DNA of 64,000 nt, from positions 224,001 to 288,000 of the forward strand of contig CAVQRT010000007.1 of NCBI GenBank assembly GCA_963715195.1, in the 5' to 3' direction. Under the pieces are notes generated by a model. The model saw only the letters and a program-made list of their open reading frames with translations. It ran no database searches and was not told the DNA's origin. Positions 32,776 through 43,281 of the stretch are shown in pieces. This DNA comes from Thermodesulfovibrionales bacterium. GTDB lineage: Bacteria; Nitrospirota; Thermodesulfovibrionia; Thermodesulfovibrionales; SM23-35. The translations under genes were made by a program, and so were the position numbers. Position 1 is the first letter of the stretch. Every line of letters starts with the position of its first letter.

Positions 32776-33378
32776 CTAATTCTTCTGCTTCCTTCTATGC
32801 CAGAAAATATACAGAGCAACAAGCAGCACACATCCGATAATGATATACGCAGTCCATTGCCTGCTCACTTCCATGATTTTGTCTCTGTTATTTCCGACAA
32901 AATACCCGATGTAAGCAAGAATCCACACCCAGATTCCGGCGCCGAATGCAGTGTAGAAACAGAATTTTAAAAGGTTCATTCTGCACAACCCTGCAGGAAA
33001 CGATATATAATGCCGAACCCCCAGTATGAGACGTCCGATGAATGTGCTGATGTTGCCATGCTTCAGAAAAAAAGCTTCACCCTTCCTGAAATGGCTTTCT
33101 GAGACTCCAAAATATTTTCCGTATCTCAGTATGAAAGGTCTCCCTAAGTAAATAGCGATGGCATAATTAAACAGAGCGCCAAGCAAACTTCCAGCTGTAC
33201 CCGAGACAACAACGCCGAACCAGTTCATCTGCTTCTGATAGATTAGATAGCCCGCAGGGGGGATGACGAGTTCAGAGGGCAGCGGAATAAATGTGCTCTC
33301 GATAAACATCAGGAAGATAATTCCTGAATAACCCATCGTACCGACCGCTTCCACAAGCCAGTTCAGGAAAGTGTTCAT
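32776..33378 (-). CDS. DedA family membrane protein
   Basis: ESTFIPLPSELVIPPAG and FIGRLILGVRHYISFPAG motifs. Confidence 0.9.
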   Translation of the reverse strand: MNTFLNWLVEAVGTMGYSGIIFLMFIESTFIPLPSELVIPPAGYLIYQKQMNWFGVVVSGTAGSLLGALFNYAIAIYLGRPFILRYGKYFGVSESHFRKGEAFFLKHGNISTFIGRLILGVRHYISFPAGLCRMNLLKFCFYTAFGAGIWVWILAYIGYFVGNNRDKIMEVSRQWTAYIIIGCVLLVALYIFWHRRKQKN

Positions 33379-33418
33379 CTCACCTCACTATGTATTCTCA
33401 TTATTATAGACCATGGAA

Positions 33419-33495
33419 TGGTCGGGGCGAGCAGATTTGAACTGCCGACCACTCACACCCCAAGCGAGTGCGCTACCAGGCTGCGCTACGCCCCG
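33419..33495 (-). tRNA. tRNA-Pro(GGG)
   Basis: CGGGGCGTAGCGCAGCCTGGTAGCGCA-CTCGC-TTGGGGT-GTGAG...GTTCAAATC...CCGACCA; usual position after ihfA-merR. Confidence 0.95.
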
Positions 33496-33505
33496 ATTGA
33501 TTGGT

Positions 33506-34174
33506 TTACTGCAGCTGACTCAGGATCTCCCTGAGTCTTTTTTTGACATGCTCAATTGCCGCTGAAGGCTGGCTGACTTCTCTTTTTTGAATATCTTTTG
33601 CAGGTCTCGATTCATTTCCAGCAGAGGCAACCCCAAGCTGTTTTCTGACCCCTTCAATGGTATATCTTTCCTGATACAGGAGATTCTTGATTGTGAGGAG
33701 GAGCTCGACATCCTTCTTTACATACACACGCTGTCCGGATTTGTTTTTCCTCGGTTTGAGAAACGGAAATTCAGTCTCCCAGTACCGGAGGACATACGGT
33801 TCCACATCCACGATTCTGCTCACTTCCCCAATCTTGTAAAAGAGTTTGTCCGGGAATGATATGGAAGTTTTCAGACTTTGCTGTGCCGACTTACTCATCA
33901 TCTTTTCCATGAAAGCCTTCAACTGGTTGCTTGCCCTGAACGTGATGACCCTTCTGGGAGTTATTTCAAGGTCATCTCCGGTTTTCGGATTTCTTCCCCG
34001 TCGCGCCATTTTTTGCCTCACATTGAATGTACCAAAACCCGATATCTTCACTGACTCACCTTCAATAAATGTCTGCTTCATGGTATCGAACAAAATTTCT
34101 ATGATCTCCTGAGCTTCCTTTTTAGAAAGTCCTATTTTCTCAAATATTTTTTCTACCAGGTCTGCTTTTGTCAT
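33506..34174 (-). CDS. ihfA: Integration host factor alpha fused in frame to a MerR-family HTH regulator
   Basis: N-terminal MTKADLVE...SGFGTF...GRNPKTG...[10 protein letters not shown]-terminal FYKIGEVS...[10 protein letters not shown]...YTIEGVR. Confidence 0.85.
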   Translation of the reverse strand: MTKADLVEKIFEKIGLSKKEAQEIIEILFDTMKQTFIEGESVKISGFGTFNVRQKMARRGRNPKTGDDLEITPRRVITFRASNQLKAFMEKMMSKSAQQSLKTSISFPDKLFYKIGEVSRIVDVEPYVLRYWETEFPFLKPRKNKSGQRVYVKKDVELLLTIKNLLYQERYTIEGVRKQLGVASAGNESRPAKDIQKREVSQPSAAIEHVKKRLREILSQLQ

Positions 34175-34325
34175 AATGTACCCTCAATTTTTCTTAATTA
34201 TATTAAGGGGATACATACTTGTCAAGAAGAATTTAGTTTGAGATAAAATTAATTTATCGCTATTTTTATTGTAATTATTCCATTTTAGCCTTGTATATGC
34301 GTGAAATAAAAATTATTATGTATTC

Positions 34326-34697
34326 GTGACATACGGAATAGGCATCGATATTATTCATATCGACCGCATGAGAAGGGTTGTGGGAAAATGGGGACAAAGG
34401 TTTCTGCAAAGGGTATTTACTCATGGGGAAATCTCCTACTGTTTTCAGAAAAAAAACCCTTACCTCTCCCTCGCAGTCCGCTTTGCCGCAAAAGAGGCAT
34501 TCATCAAAGCGACGGGCGCTGAAATTCCTGTTTCATTCACCGAGATTGAAGTGGTACATACCGGTACCGGGAAGCCTTCTTTTATCTTCAGTGAAAAAAT
34601 CAATGTCCATCTCAGGAACAAGAATATAACATCAGCTCATCTGAGTTTAAGCCATGATCATGAATACGGAGTGGCATCGGTATTTCTGGAACAATAA
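34326..34697 (+). CDS. acpS: Holo-ACP synthase
   Basis: GIGIDI, RFAAKEAFIKA and LSLSHD motifs. Confidence 0.94.
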   Translation: MTYGIGIDIIHIDRMRRVVGKWGQRFLQRVFTHGEISYCFQKKNPYLSLAVRFAAKEAFIKATGAEIPVSFTEIEVVHTGTGKPSFIFSEKINVHLRNKNITSAHLSLSHDHEYGVASVFLEQ

Positions 34698-34698
34698 A

Positions 34699-35532
34699 TC
34701 ATTCATGAAAGGGGAGCAGTTCATCCCCGGACGGTATCTGATTAGGTGGTGTTCTGAGTGAGTCCATCCCCGGCGACTCAATTGCAGGTACTGTTTCATC
34801 TCCTTCTGTGACTTCTTCAAATTCAGGCACCACGATCCCGCGCCTGACCAGTATGCTGTAAATCAAATCTGCCCGGTGAACAACATATCTGTTCTCCCCG
34901 ACGGGGTTATATTTTCTGGGATTCGGGAGGACCGCTGCAAGCCGCGCAGCCTCTTCCGGATTTAGTTCCGCAGGAGATTTGCCATAATAGTGGCGCGCCG
35001 CAGTCCCAATACCGAATATACCATGAGCACCCCATTCAGCCACGTTCAAATACAGTTCCAGGATGCGCCTTTTCTTCAGCACTTTCTCCATTCTCCATGT
35101 TATGATTACTTCCCTGATTTTTCGAACAGGGTTTTTTGCCGGTGAAAGGTAAAGGTTCTTTGCAAGCTGCTGGCTTATGGTACTGCCACCAAGCTTAAAC
35201 TTTTTTGCCTTCACATCTTTTTCGAGGGCTTTCCGAATCGCTTCGTAATCAAAGCCCTCATGACTCCAAAACTTATCGTCCTCTGCGATGAGGACCGCCT
35301 TTATCAGATAGGGGGATATCCGTGAAAGTGGCACCCATTGCTGCTGAATCCGGTATTTTTTCCCCGCGCGCTTCCATTCTTTTTCCCGGTATTTCATGAA
35401 AGAGGTTTTTTGGGGGTTTTCTTTTTTTAGCCGTGAAATATCCGGGACAAACAACAGGTAGGCTACAAAGCCGATAAGAAGAGGGAGAAAGAGAATCAGC
35501 ACTTTTTTCTTACTTCTGAATTTCCGTACCAA
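34699..35532 (-). CDS. mtgA: Monofunctional peptidoglycan transglycosylase (start uncertain: TTG 35532 or GTG 35502)
   Basis: AEDDKFWSHEGFD, GGSTISQQLAKNL and ILELYLN motifs. Confidence 0.9.
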   Translation of the reverse strand: MVRKFRSKKKVLILFLPLLIGFVAYLLFVPDISRLKKENPQKTSFMKYREKEWKRAGKKYRIQQQWVPLSRISPYLIKAVLIAEDDKFWSHEGFDYEAIRKALEKDVKAKKFKLGGSTISQQLAKNLYLSPAKNPVRKIREVIITWRMEKVLKKRRILELYLNVAEWGAHGIFGIGTAARHYYGKSPAELNPEEAARLAAVLPNPRKYNPVGENRYVVHRADLIYSILVRRGIVVPEFEEVTEGDETVPAIESPGMDSLRTPPNQIPSGDELLPFHE

Positions 35533-36406
35533 TTCCTTCTTTCGTGAAGATCTCGAGAAGCAGGCAGTGCGGGATTCTTCCATCGATGATGTGTGTTTTC
35601 GCGACCCCTCCCTCTATTGCCTTGACACATGCCTGCACCTTGGGGAGCATTCCTCCGGTAATTGTTCCATCACGGATGAGCTTTTTCACATGATTGCTTT
35701 TGAGCGTCGAGACCGTCCTCTTGCTCTTGTTGATGATACCAGGCACATCCGTCAGGAGGATCATTTTTTCGGCATGAAGCGCTGATGCGATCGATGAAGC
35801 CACAGAATCGGCATTGATATTCAACGTCTCGCCATTTGGTCCGGCGCCCACAGGAGAAATAACAGGGATAAAACCCTCTTTTTCAAGGCTCCTGATGACA
35901 TGCGGTTCAATATGCGTGACCTCGCCGACAAACCCGATATCGATCATTTCTTCGTCACCTGCTTCAGAAGATTTTTTGATAAGTTTCTTTTTTGCGGTTA
36001 TGAGCCCCCCGTCTTTGCCGCTCAGCCCGACCGCTTTTCCGCCGTGGCTATTGATCAGCGAGACAATCTCTTTATTGATCAGACCGCCCAGCACCATCTC
36101 TACGATGTCCATCGTCTCCTCATCGGTAATGCGCTGTCCCTGTATGAATTGGGGTTTCTTGCCCATTTTTTCCATGGTGACCGAGATCTTTGGACCGCCT
36201 CCGTGGACTATTGCAGTCCGTATGCCGATAAAGTTAAGCATCACGACATCTGTTGCGAAGGACTCTTTCAGATTTTCCTGAACCTGCGCAGCGCCTCCGT
36301 ATTTTATGACAAATGTCTTCCCGAAAAAATTGCGGATATACGGGAGCGCTTCTGTCAAAATCTCCGCCTTGGTAATGATGTCACTCATCTTCATATTCTT
36401 CTTCAT
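35510..36406 (-). CDS. argB: Acetylglutamate kinase
   Basis: VIKYGG, VHGGGP, NINAD and GGMLPKV motifs. Confidence 0.96.
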   Translation of the reverse strand: MKKNMKMSDIITKAEILTEALPYIRNFFGKTFVIKYGGAAQVQENLKESFATDVVMLNFIGIRTAIVHGGGPKISVTMEKMGKKPQFIQGQRITDEETMDIVEMVLGGLINKEIVSLINSHGGKAVGLSGKDGGLITAKKKLIKKSSEAGDEEMIDIGFVGEVTHIEPHVIRSLEKEGFIPVISPVGAGPNGETLNINADSVASSIASALHAEKMILLTDVPGIINKSKRTVSTLKSNHVKKLIRDGTITGGMLPKVQACVKAIEGGVAKTHIIDGRIPHCLLLEIFTKEGIGTEIQK

Positions 36407-36412
36407 ATTCTT

Positions 36413-36988
36413 CTATTTCCCAAAACAAGGGATGCAGACAATCTCGCCGTTCTTGACTCTCGCCTTCGGCTCCATCATCTTTTCCCCGCAGACTGCACAA
36501 CTGAGGCTCGCATAGATCTTTGCCTCATCGGGCAAAACCATGACCCCCTGAATGATTTTGAAAAGATCCTCATCCCGTGCATTGAGGATCATATCAATTT
36601 TTCTGGCTTTCCTGTCATGAACAGCCTTCAGAACTTCATCGAAGCGTTCACCCCGGATATACCTGTCCCAAATATGTTTTTCTTCGTTGGACTCAGGAAA
36701 TGTCCAGACCACCGATATCCGTATTCCTTCGCCGGAAGGTCTCCTGATAAAGGTATATACCTGTTTACCGTAATCCTTGAAGATCAGATTGCCCTTTCCG
36801 AATGTGCATCCTGTCATCACCTGGACGGCATCGACCGAGCAGGAATTATTTTCCACAATTGCAACGAGTTCTTCATCCGTTGCCCTCTCTCCGAAAGCAT
36901 TCAGAGCGCACAGAGCAACCCGGTAGCCGAAGGCAAGCCCGGGACACGAATGTCCGTGAAAATCTACAATGTCATCAAATGTTTTCAC
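36413..36988 (-). CDS. FmdE family protein with C-terminal C4 zinc finger
   Basis: FHGHSCPGLAFG, CSVDAVQVMTGCTFGKGNL and CAVCGE...CIPC motifs. Confidence 0.88.
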   Translation of the reverse strand: MKTFDDIVDFHGHSCPGLAFGYRVALCALNAFGERATDEELVAIVENNSCSVDAVQVMTGCTFGKGNLIFKDYGKQVYTFIRRPSGEGIRISVVWTFPESNEEKHIWDRYIRGERFDEVLKAVHDRKARKIDMILNARDEDLFKIIQGVMVLPDEAKIYASLSCAVCGEKMMEPKARVKNGEIVCIPCFGK

Positions 36989-37202
36989 TGGAATGATTTT
37001 ACCTTAAAAGGAGAGATTTTTGTTGATGAAGATAAAAGGATAGGTTCTGCTGAATCATTTTTTGAGAACTATAGCAAACCAGATGAAAAAAACAGCACAG
37101 GGTACACAGTGCGCTACGAAGCCAACCGAAGAAGAAACGCTTTTTATTGCAGGGTGAACTTCTGCACACCGGGTTCCTCAGGCACATGTTACAATGAGAA
37201 AC

Positions 37203-39122
37203 ATGCTGAAAAAAGGTATCTGGATACTCATATCGATCGCTGGGGCGATCTCTCTCTCCGTCGTTGCAGGCATCATCAATCCGTCCGAAAAGATTAACGC
37301 CCTCTGGCTTATTGTTGCAGCAGGATGTTTCTATGTCATTACGTACAGATTTTACGGATCATTTCTCGCTGCAAAGGTGCTGGTAATTGACAGGAACCGG
37401 ACAACGCCGGCACAGAGAATCTTTGACGGCATTGACTATCACCCTACAAACCGATGGATTCTCTTCGGTCATCACTTTGCGGCAATCGCAGGGGCGGGTC
37501 CCCTAATCGGCCCGATGCTTGCCGCGCAATTCGGCTATCTCCCCGGATTCCTCTGGATTCTCATCGGCTCTGCACTCGGGGGAGCAGTTCATGATATGGT
37601 AATTCTCTTTGCTTCTGTGAGGAGAAACGGCAAATCCCTTGCACAGATAGCCGGTGACGAAATCGGACCGGTCGGGGGGATAGCAGCTGCTTTTGCAATA
37701 CTTTTCATCATCATCGTAGCACTTGCAGGTCTGGGGCTTGCTGTTGTGAATGCCCTCTCCCAGAGCCCCTGGGGCACGTTCACGATCACTCTCACCATTC
37801 CGACTGCATTGTTCATGGGGATATACCTCTACCGAATACGACCGGGGAAGATTGCTGAAGTGAGTATTTTTGGCGTACTCATGCTTTTGATTTCCGTTTT
37901 CGCAGGACATTATGTCCCCGGATCATTGCTCGATCCGTTCTTTAACCTTCCGAGGAACACCCTTGTCCTGTCGATAGTCATATACGGTTTTATTGCATCC
38001 GTCCTGCCGGTCTGGCTGCTCCTTGCTCCGAGAGACTACCTCTCAACGTATATGAAAATTGGAACGATATTTCTTCTGGCTGTTGGTGTGATGGTGATTG
38101 CTCCGGATATTCAGATGCCCCCGGTCACCAGATTTGCCAGAGGCGGAGGCCCAATCATTCCGGGAACCCTGTTCCCCTTCATGTTCATAACTATCGCATG
38201 TGGTGCTGTCTCAGGTTTTCATTCCCTTATATCATCGGGGACGACGCCGAAGATGATCATGAACGAAAAAGACATCCCGTTTATCGGATTTGGAGCGATG
38301 CTCGTTGAGGGTTTTGTGGCCGTCATGGCACTGATCGCCGCAACCATTCTCATTCCCGGTGATTATTTTGCCATCAATTCCACGCTCTCTTTTGAGGCTC
38401 TTGCCTCCCTGGGCTTTCCTGTCGAACGAATCACAGAGCTCTCGCAGATGGTAAAAACGGATGTTGCGGGAAGACCCGGTGGAGCAGTGTCACTTGCAGT
38501 GGGAATGGCCTCGATTTTTTCTGCCATCCCGGGAATGAAAGGCCTCATGCCCTACTGGTACAACTTTGCGCTGATGTTCGAAGCCCTGTTCATCCTCACG
38601 ACAGTCGATGCAGGAACACGGGTTGCCCGGTTTCTGCTCCAGGAACTGGGAGGAAAGGTCTATAAACCCCTTTCGAGGACAGGCTGGCTGCCGGGAAATA
38701 TTGGATCAAGCCTTCTTGTTGTCTGTGCCTGGGGGTACCTCATTTATTCCGGGAATATCTCTTCTATCTGGCCGATGTTCGGGGTTGCCAATCAGCTCCT
38801 TGCTGCGGTTGCTTTCGGAGTAGGAACAACGGTTATCGTAAAATCAGGAAAACTGAAATACGCATGGGTGACTTTCATTCCCATGGTCTTCATGTTTACC
38901 ACAACCTTCACCGCATCCTATCAATTGATAGGAATATTTCGTGAAAAAGCACTGCATGCGCTGACAGAGGCTGATGCCCTCACCTTTACATTAGATGCCT
39001 ATCTTGTTTTTATCATGGCTGCACTTGCAATCGTTGTATTGATAGACATGGCATGGAAACTCTCCAGACATCTCACCGGAAAGGTCGTAATCATCAATAA
39101 GAAGATCGACTTCAAAAGATAA
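37203..39122 (+). CDS. cstA: Carbon starvation protein A family transporter
   Basis: GHHFAAIAGAGPLIGP, PRDYLS and TIACGAVSGFHSL motifs; ATG 37203 preferred over 37194. Confidence 0.93.
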   Translation: MLKKGIWILISIAGAISLSVVAGIINPSEKINALWLIVAAGCFYVITYRFYGSFLAAKVLVIDRNRTTPAQRIFDGIDYHPTNRWILFGHHFAAIAGAGPLIGPMLAAQFGYLPGFLWILIGSALGGAVHDMVILFASVRRNGKSLAQIAGDEIGPVGGIAAAFAILFIIIVALAGLGLAVVNALSQSPWGTFTITLTIPTALFMGIYLYRIRPGKIAEVSIFGVLMLLISVFAGHYVPGSLLDPFFNLPRNTLVLSIVIYGFIASVLPVWLLLAPRDYLSTYMKIGTIFLLAVGVMVIAPDIQMPPVTRFARGGGPIIPGTLFPFMFITIACGAVSGFHSLISSGTTPKMIMNEKDIPFIGFGAMLVEGFVAVMALIAATILIPGDYFAINSTLSFEALASLGFPVERITELSQMVKTDVAGRPGGAVSLAVGMASIFSAIPGMKGLMPYWYNFALMFEALFILTTVDAGTRVARFLLQELGGKVYKPLSRTGWLPGNIGSSLLVVCAWGYLIYSGNISSIWPMFGVANQLLAAVAFGVGTTVIVKSGKLKYAWVTFIPMVFMFTTTFTASYQLIGIFREKALHALTEADALTFTLDAYLVFIMAALAIVVLIDMAWKLSRHLTGKVVIINKKIDFKR

Positions 39123-39204
39123 CTGCTGTTTCACGCAAACCGAAACCAGTCGAAATGCTTAACCAAAAAAATGCATTTGAAACGTGCGGATATCGTTAGA
39201 AAAA

Positions 39205-40341
39205 TTATTTTTCAATACCGTAGTGTGCCTTCAACTCTTCCATGAACATTCGTATGGTAGTTTTGGGAATTGATTGCCGGTAATCAAAAGGATTGCACAT
39301 GAGATTTTTTGAAATAATCCTGACAATCATAAACCCCTCTTCTGTCCAGAAAATCCCTGTTTCGGCATCATGAACAGTCCGTATTTTTTCTTTCATCCTG
39401 TATTCCAGATCCGATATCCTGATACGCCTGTATTCAGTTCCCTCCGGATAGGCGGCATGGATATCATCAAGAGACATCCCGCTCCTCGCACATTTCTGCA
39501 GTTCAGATGCGAGCAGAGACAGAGCGGCTGCTCCATCTCCGGTATCCGGAAACATTTTATAGCTGACTGTGAGAGACTCGACAAGTTTTTCGTCCGGACT
39601 GTAATTCATCATAATCGTGAGGAATCTGCATATGACGAGGTATCTGTTAAGATAATCAGCCTGTTCTTCATTAAATTCGTACATTTCAATGAGTGCACTG
39701 AGCTGTGCAGAATCCGCTGCTATATCCAGACTCTTCGCTTCATCATAGAGAATTTGCTCGTTTTCGATATCCTCAAGAATGTTATTGCTTCTCCAGAGGA
39801 CATCGTGAATCCCCAGGCTATCCAGTACGGCAGCAGAATTCACGATGTATTTTTCTCTCTGTCCACGTTCCCCGATGCTCCTTTGAGAAACAGCCAGGCT
39901 TTTCTTTGCCCCGTTGGGATTTTCTCCTTTGGAATCCTCCGGGATTTGAGCGGAATTCCGGACATCCGCTGTATTGTCTATCAATGCCATCTCCGCTGTC
40001 ACATAACGGCTGAACGGACTTTCAGGAAACCTCTGTCTTACGTCGGTAAAAGTCTTCCTTGCTTCATCAACAGACTCTACCTGGAGAAGTGATTTTGCAA
40101 GCCAGAAGAGTCCTGCATCTTGAGCAGAGCTCTCAGGGAACTCTTCAAGGAACACCCTGAATTGCTGAATTGCCTTTTCCGGCTGATACGACAGATAAAA
40201 GTGATACGCACGATCAAAGAGCTGAAATTCCCGGTACGATGCTTCAGCTATTCCGGCGGACAACAGCATGCAGGTAATCAGGATGGAGATCAGCTTTGAT
40301 GCATTTTTACCGAAAACTTTTCCCATAGTGATTTGATCCAA
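39205..40341 (-). CDS. Exported TPR (BamD/YbgF-like) protein with a degenerate SurA/PPIase-like C-terminus
   Basis: Signal peptide; AIQQFRVFLEEFPES...LFWLAKSL...FPESPF repeat; downstream of surA-like gene. Confidence 0.55.
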   Translation of the reverse strand: MDQITMGKVFGKNASKLISILITCMLLSAGIAEASYREFQLFDRAYHFYLSYQPEKAIQQFRVFLEEFPESSAQDAGLFWLAKSLLQVESVDEARKTFTDVRQRFPESPFSRYVTAEMALIDNTADVRNSAQIPEDSKGENPNGAKKSLAVSQRSIGERGQREKYIVNSAAVLDSLGIHDVLWRSNNILEDIENEQILYDEAKSLDIAADSAQLSALIEMYEFNEEQADYLNRYLVICRFLTIMMNYSPDEKLVESLTVSYKMFPDTGDGAAALSLLASELQKCARSGMSLDDIHAAYPEGTEYRRIRISDLEYRMKEKIRTVHDAETGIFWTEEGFMIVRIISKNLMCNPFDYRQSIPKTTIRMFMEELKAHYGIEK

Positions 40342-41246
40342 TCATTGAGCACCTTTTCTCTCTTCTGTTCAAAGAGGTCATTGTAAATCTCGGCTCTAAC
40401 TTCCTCGACCGGTTTATAGGTTTCGTCGGTTCTCTTGATGAGCCGAAGTATGAACACACCGTCACCCACCCAAATGGGATCACTGATTTCGCCCTCCTTC
40501 ATCGCAAACGCTTTCCGGTCAATGGGAGCAATCAATGCCCCACGGGCAAATTTACCCAATACCCCTCTATGACTTCTTAGAGGTTCATCGGAGTATTCGT
40601 CAACAAGACGCTCAAAGTTATCGCCATCACGCAATAATGCTACGATGCGGAGCGCCCTTCTCTTCATATCCGTAATTTCCGTGAGCGATGAGCCCTCCCT
40701 GAGCAGGAAGAAGATGGCGTTCAGCTCAACATATTCCGGGCTGTCGAGAAATTCCCGTTTATGGACCAGATAGAATTCCTCAATTTCCGGGTCTGTGATC
40801 AGCACCTTCGCATCAACTTCACTCCCCAGCATCTGCGAAATCAGTATTCTTTCTCTCACGATTGTGCGGAACTTCTCAAGATCTGTGCCGTCTTCTTTCA
40901 GAAATATCTCGAGGTCATCCTGTGACAGGTTGTTCAGGGATTTGAACTCTTCGATCGCCTTTTCGACTTCGCTGTCAGAAGCTTCCAGTCCCCTTCTTAC
41001 AGCTTCACGTGCAATCAGTTTTTCCTCAATGAGATGCCGCAGGAGGTTCTCATCGACACCATCACCAGACTGTCCGTCTGTTAGGTCTTTCGTAAAGAGC
41101 TTATAGTCTGCAAAGGTAATAACCTGATCATCGATGGTTGCGAGAATCCTGTCGACCGTTACTCCGCAGGAAATGCCCGGGAAGAAAAACAGCAAAGCAC
41201 CCGCAATGGCGATCAGTGCACAGAAACGATATGGTCTCGGGATCAT
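40290..41246 (-). CDS. SurA-like periplasmic chaperone / parvulin PPIase
   Basis: VDRILATIDDQVIT, FERLVDEYSD, GGVLG-like and GEISDPI motifs. Confidence 0.82.
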   Translation of the reverse strand: MIPRPYRFCALIAIAGALLFFFPGISCGVTVDRILATIDDQVITFADYKLFTKDLTDGQSGDGVDENLLRHLIEEKLIAREAVRRGLEASDSEVEKAIEEFKSLNNLSQDDLEIFLKEDGTDLEKFRTIVRERILISQMLGSEVDAKVLITDPEIEEFYLVHKREFLDSPEYVELNAIFFLLREGSSLTEITDMKRRALRIVALLRDGDNFERLVDEYSDEPLRSHRGVLGKFARGALIAPIDRKAFAMKEGEISDPIWVGDGVFILRLIKRTDETYKPVEEVRAEIYNDLFEQKREKVLNDWIKSLWEKFSVKMHQS

Positions 41247-41722
41247 GAGTGAAATGCAGCAAAGAGCCTGTCATAGGTACTCATGATATGCTCAGGAATT
41301 ACCCTGACCTCATCGAAAACAGTCATAAAACTGGTATCCCCGGCCCACCTTGGTACCATATGCAAATGCATATGCTCTTCCATGCCGGCACCGGCGATCT
41401 TGCCGATATTGATGCCGATATTGAATCCCTCCGGCATGAATGCTTTTCTTATTGATGCGACCGAATGACGCGTCACTCTCATGAAATCGAGAAGAATTCC
41501 ATCATCAAGTCCGTCAAGTGCGGAAACATGCCGGTACGGCACAACCATGATATGACCGTTGTTATACGGATATCGGTTCATCATGACAAAATTGTGTGAA
41601 CTCCTGTACAGGATCAGATTATCCCTGTCTCTCTCCTGTTTCGGCAGCTCGCAGAAGATGCATTGCTGTTCCTTGTTCGAGAGAATATAATCCATCCTCC
41701 AGGGTGCCCAGATAACGTTCAT
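41243..41722 (-). CDS. HIT family hydrolase
   Basis: WAPWRMDYI, NRYPYNNGH and HMHLHMVPRW motifs. Confidence 0.9.
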   Translation of the reverse strand: MNVIWAPWRMDYILSNKEQQCIFCELPKQERDRDNLILYRSSHNFVMMNRYPYNNGHIMVVPYRHVSALDGLDDGILLDFMRVTRHSVASIRKAFMPEGFNIGINIGKIAGAGMEEHMHLHMVPRWAGDTSFMTVFDEVRVIPEHIMSTYDRLFAAFHS

Positions 41723-42414
41723 ACATCCTCCTCCGGTATAGTGTGTCCGCATTCAAGTATTTCGAGAACTTTCTGCGCATCATTCCATGTAAGCCATTTA
41801 TCTTTGGGATTCCTCATAAGATACGCAGGGTGAAATGTCGGGACTAACGGAATTCCCCGGTAGTCGAAGACTTTTCCCCGTATCATGGTAATTTTCAGCT
41901 TTTCATTTCCCGTCAGGGTTGATACAGCTATCCGGCCGAGGGTCATAATAATATCCGGCCTGATAATATCAATCTGCCTTTCAAGGAAACCCGTGCATTG
42001 CTCCATTTCGTCCTTTTCCGGATCACGGTTCATCGGAGGCCTGCATTTCACGATGTTCGCAATATAAACCTCTTCCCGTTTCAATCCCATTTTTTCAATA
42101 AGCCTCGTAAGGAGCATCCCGGCTTCCCCGACAAAGGGTCTCGCCTGGATGTCCTCCTCTCTTCCCGGTGCTTCACCGATAAACATGAGCCGTGCATCAG
42201 GGTTTCCTTCTCCAAAAACAATGTGAGTCCTCTTTTTTTCAAGCTTGCACCTTTTACAGTCCCCGATCTCCTCCCGCAGATGTTTCATTGCCGTTTCCTT
42301 GTTCACACTCACCGGTCTCCTGCTGCCGCTTTTTAGCCGCAACGGCAGCCGCTCGAATCCCAGGGCCTGATAAAATTTCAAAGCGTTTATTATGTCTCGC
42401 TCTATTCGTGCCAT
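41719..42414 (-). CDS. Uracil-DNA glycosylase family 4
   Basis: CKRC, GEAPG, PFVG, KCRPP and TFHPAY motifs. Confidence 0.92.
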   Translation of the reverse strand: MARIERDIINALKFYQALGFERLPLRLKSGSRRPVSVNKETAMKHLREEIGDCKRCKLEKKRTHIVFGEGNPDARLMFIGEAPGREEDIQARPFVGEAGMLLTRLIEKMGLKREEVYIANIVKCRPPMNRDPEKDEMEQCTGFLERQIDIIRPDIIMTLGRIAVSTLTGNEKLKITMIRGKVFDYRGIPLVPTFHPAYLMRNPKDKWLTWNDAQKVLEILECGHTIPEEDV

Positions 42415-42429
42415 AAATACTTTAACTCC

Positions 42430-43281
42430 TCACCGTTCTCCCCATTTCAATTTTGTTCTCAGGATATTGAAGTAATCCCTCTCACATGGAATAAAAAACT
42501 GAGCTTTGAATGCGGATTTCCTGACCTGAACAATATCGTTCTTCCTGAGCGAAAAACCAACCTGGCCGTCCACGGTTAGAAAAACATCTTCAGTCAGAGA
42601 TTTGAGGACAATGTCAACACTCACGCCGTCGGGCAGGACAATCGGCCTGTTCGTAAGCGTATGGGGACATATCGGAGCAAGAATAATGCAGTTCAGCGTT
42701 GGAAATACAATAGGTCCACCCGCAGAGAGGGCATACGCCGTTGATCCTGTCGGCGTTGAGACGATCAGGCCGTCAGCCTTGAATGTTGCGACGTAATCGT
42801 TGTCAATATACGTCTCGAGGTCAATGATCCGTGCAAGAGCGCCCTTGTTGACGACAACATCGTTGACGACCAGGTACTCGGCTATACATTCACTGTGTCT
42901 GAGGACGCATGCGGTCAGCATCATCCTCCCTTCAACAGGACACTGTCCGCTGATCACTTTTTCGAGAACTTCAAAAATCTCTTCTTTCTGAACCGCGGTC
43001 AGAAAGCCGAGACCTCCGATATTGATGCCGAGTATCGGAATGCCTCTTTCTCCAACGAGCCGTGCAACGCTCAACATGGTGCCGTCGCCTCCAAGAACAG
43101 CAATAAAATCAACGAGCGGCGGGATCTGCGAACGCTGATGACCCTCAACATCCAGACCAGACGAGGTTTCGTAATCTACGTAGACTTCACAGCCTATTTT
43201 TCTGAGCCACGGGAGAAGCTCTTTCAGGATTTTCAGCGGCTCAGGATGGCCGGTCTTCGATATGATCCCGATCTTTTTCAT
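42430..43281 (-). CDS. nadK: NAD kinase
   Basis: LGGDGTML, GGLGFL and DGLIVSTPTGSTAYALSAGGP motifs. Confidence 0.95.
   Translation of the reverse strand: MKKIGIISKTGHPEPLKILKELLPWLRKIGCEVYVDYETSSGLDVEGHQRSQIPPLVDFIAVLGGDGTMLSVARLVGERGIPILGINIGGLGFLTAVQKEEIFEVLEKVISGQCPVEGRMMLTACVLRHSECIAEYLVVNDVVVNKGALARIIDLETYIDNDYVATFKADGLIVSTPTGSTAYALSAGGPIVFPTLNCIILAPICPHTLTNRPIVLPDGVSVDIVLKSLTEDVFLTVDGQVGFSLRKNDIVQVRKSAFKAQFFIPCERDYFNILRTKLKWGER

Noticed and set aside
14094..33495. Region between the two tRNAs as an integrated genomic island
   Set aside because: No integrase, no duplicated tRNA 3' end seen, and composition similar to the flanks.
35900..37297. 465-aa ORF on the + strand
   Set aside because: Antisense shadow of argB and the FmdE gene; no recognisable motifs.
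39123..39204. Small YbdD/YjiX-type partner gene after cstA
   Set aside because: No suitable ORF in the 80-nt gap.
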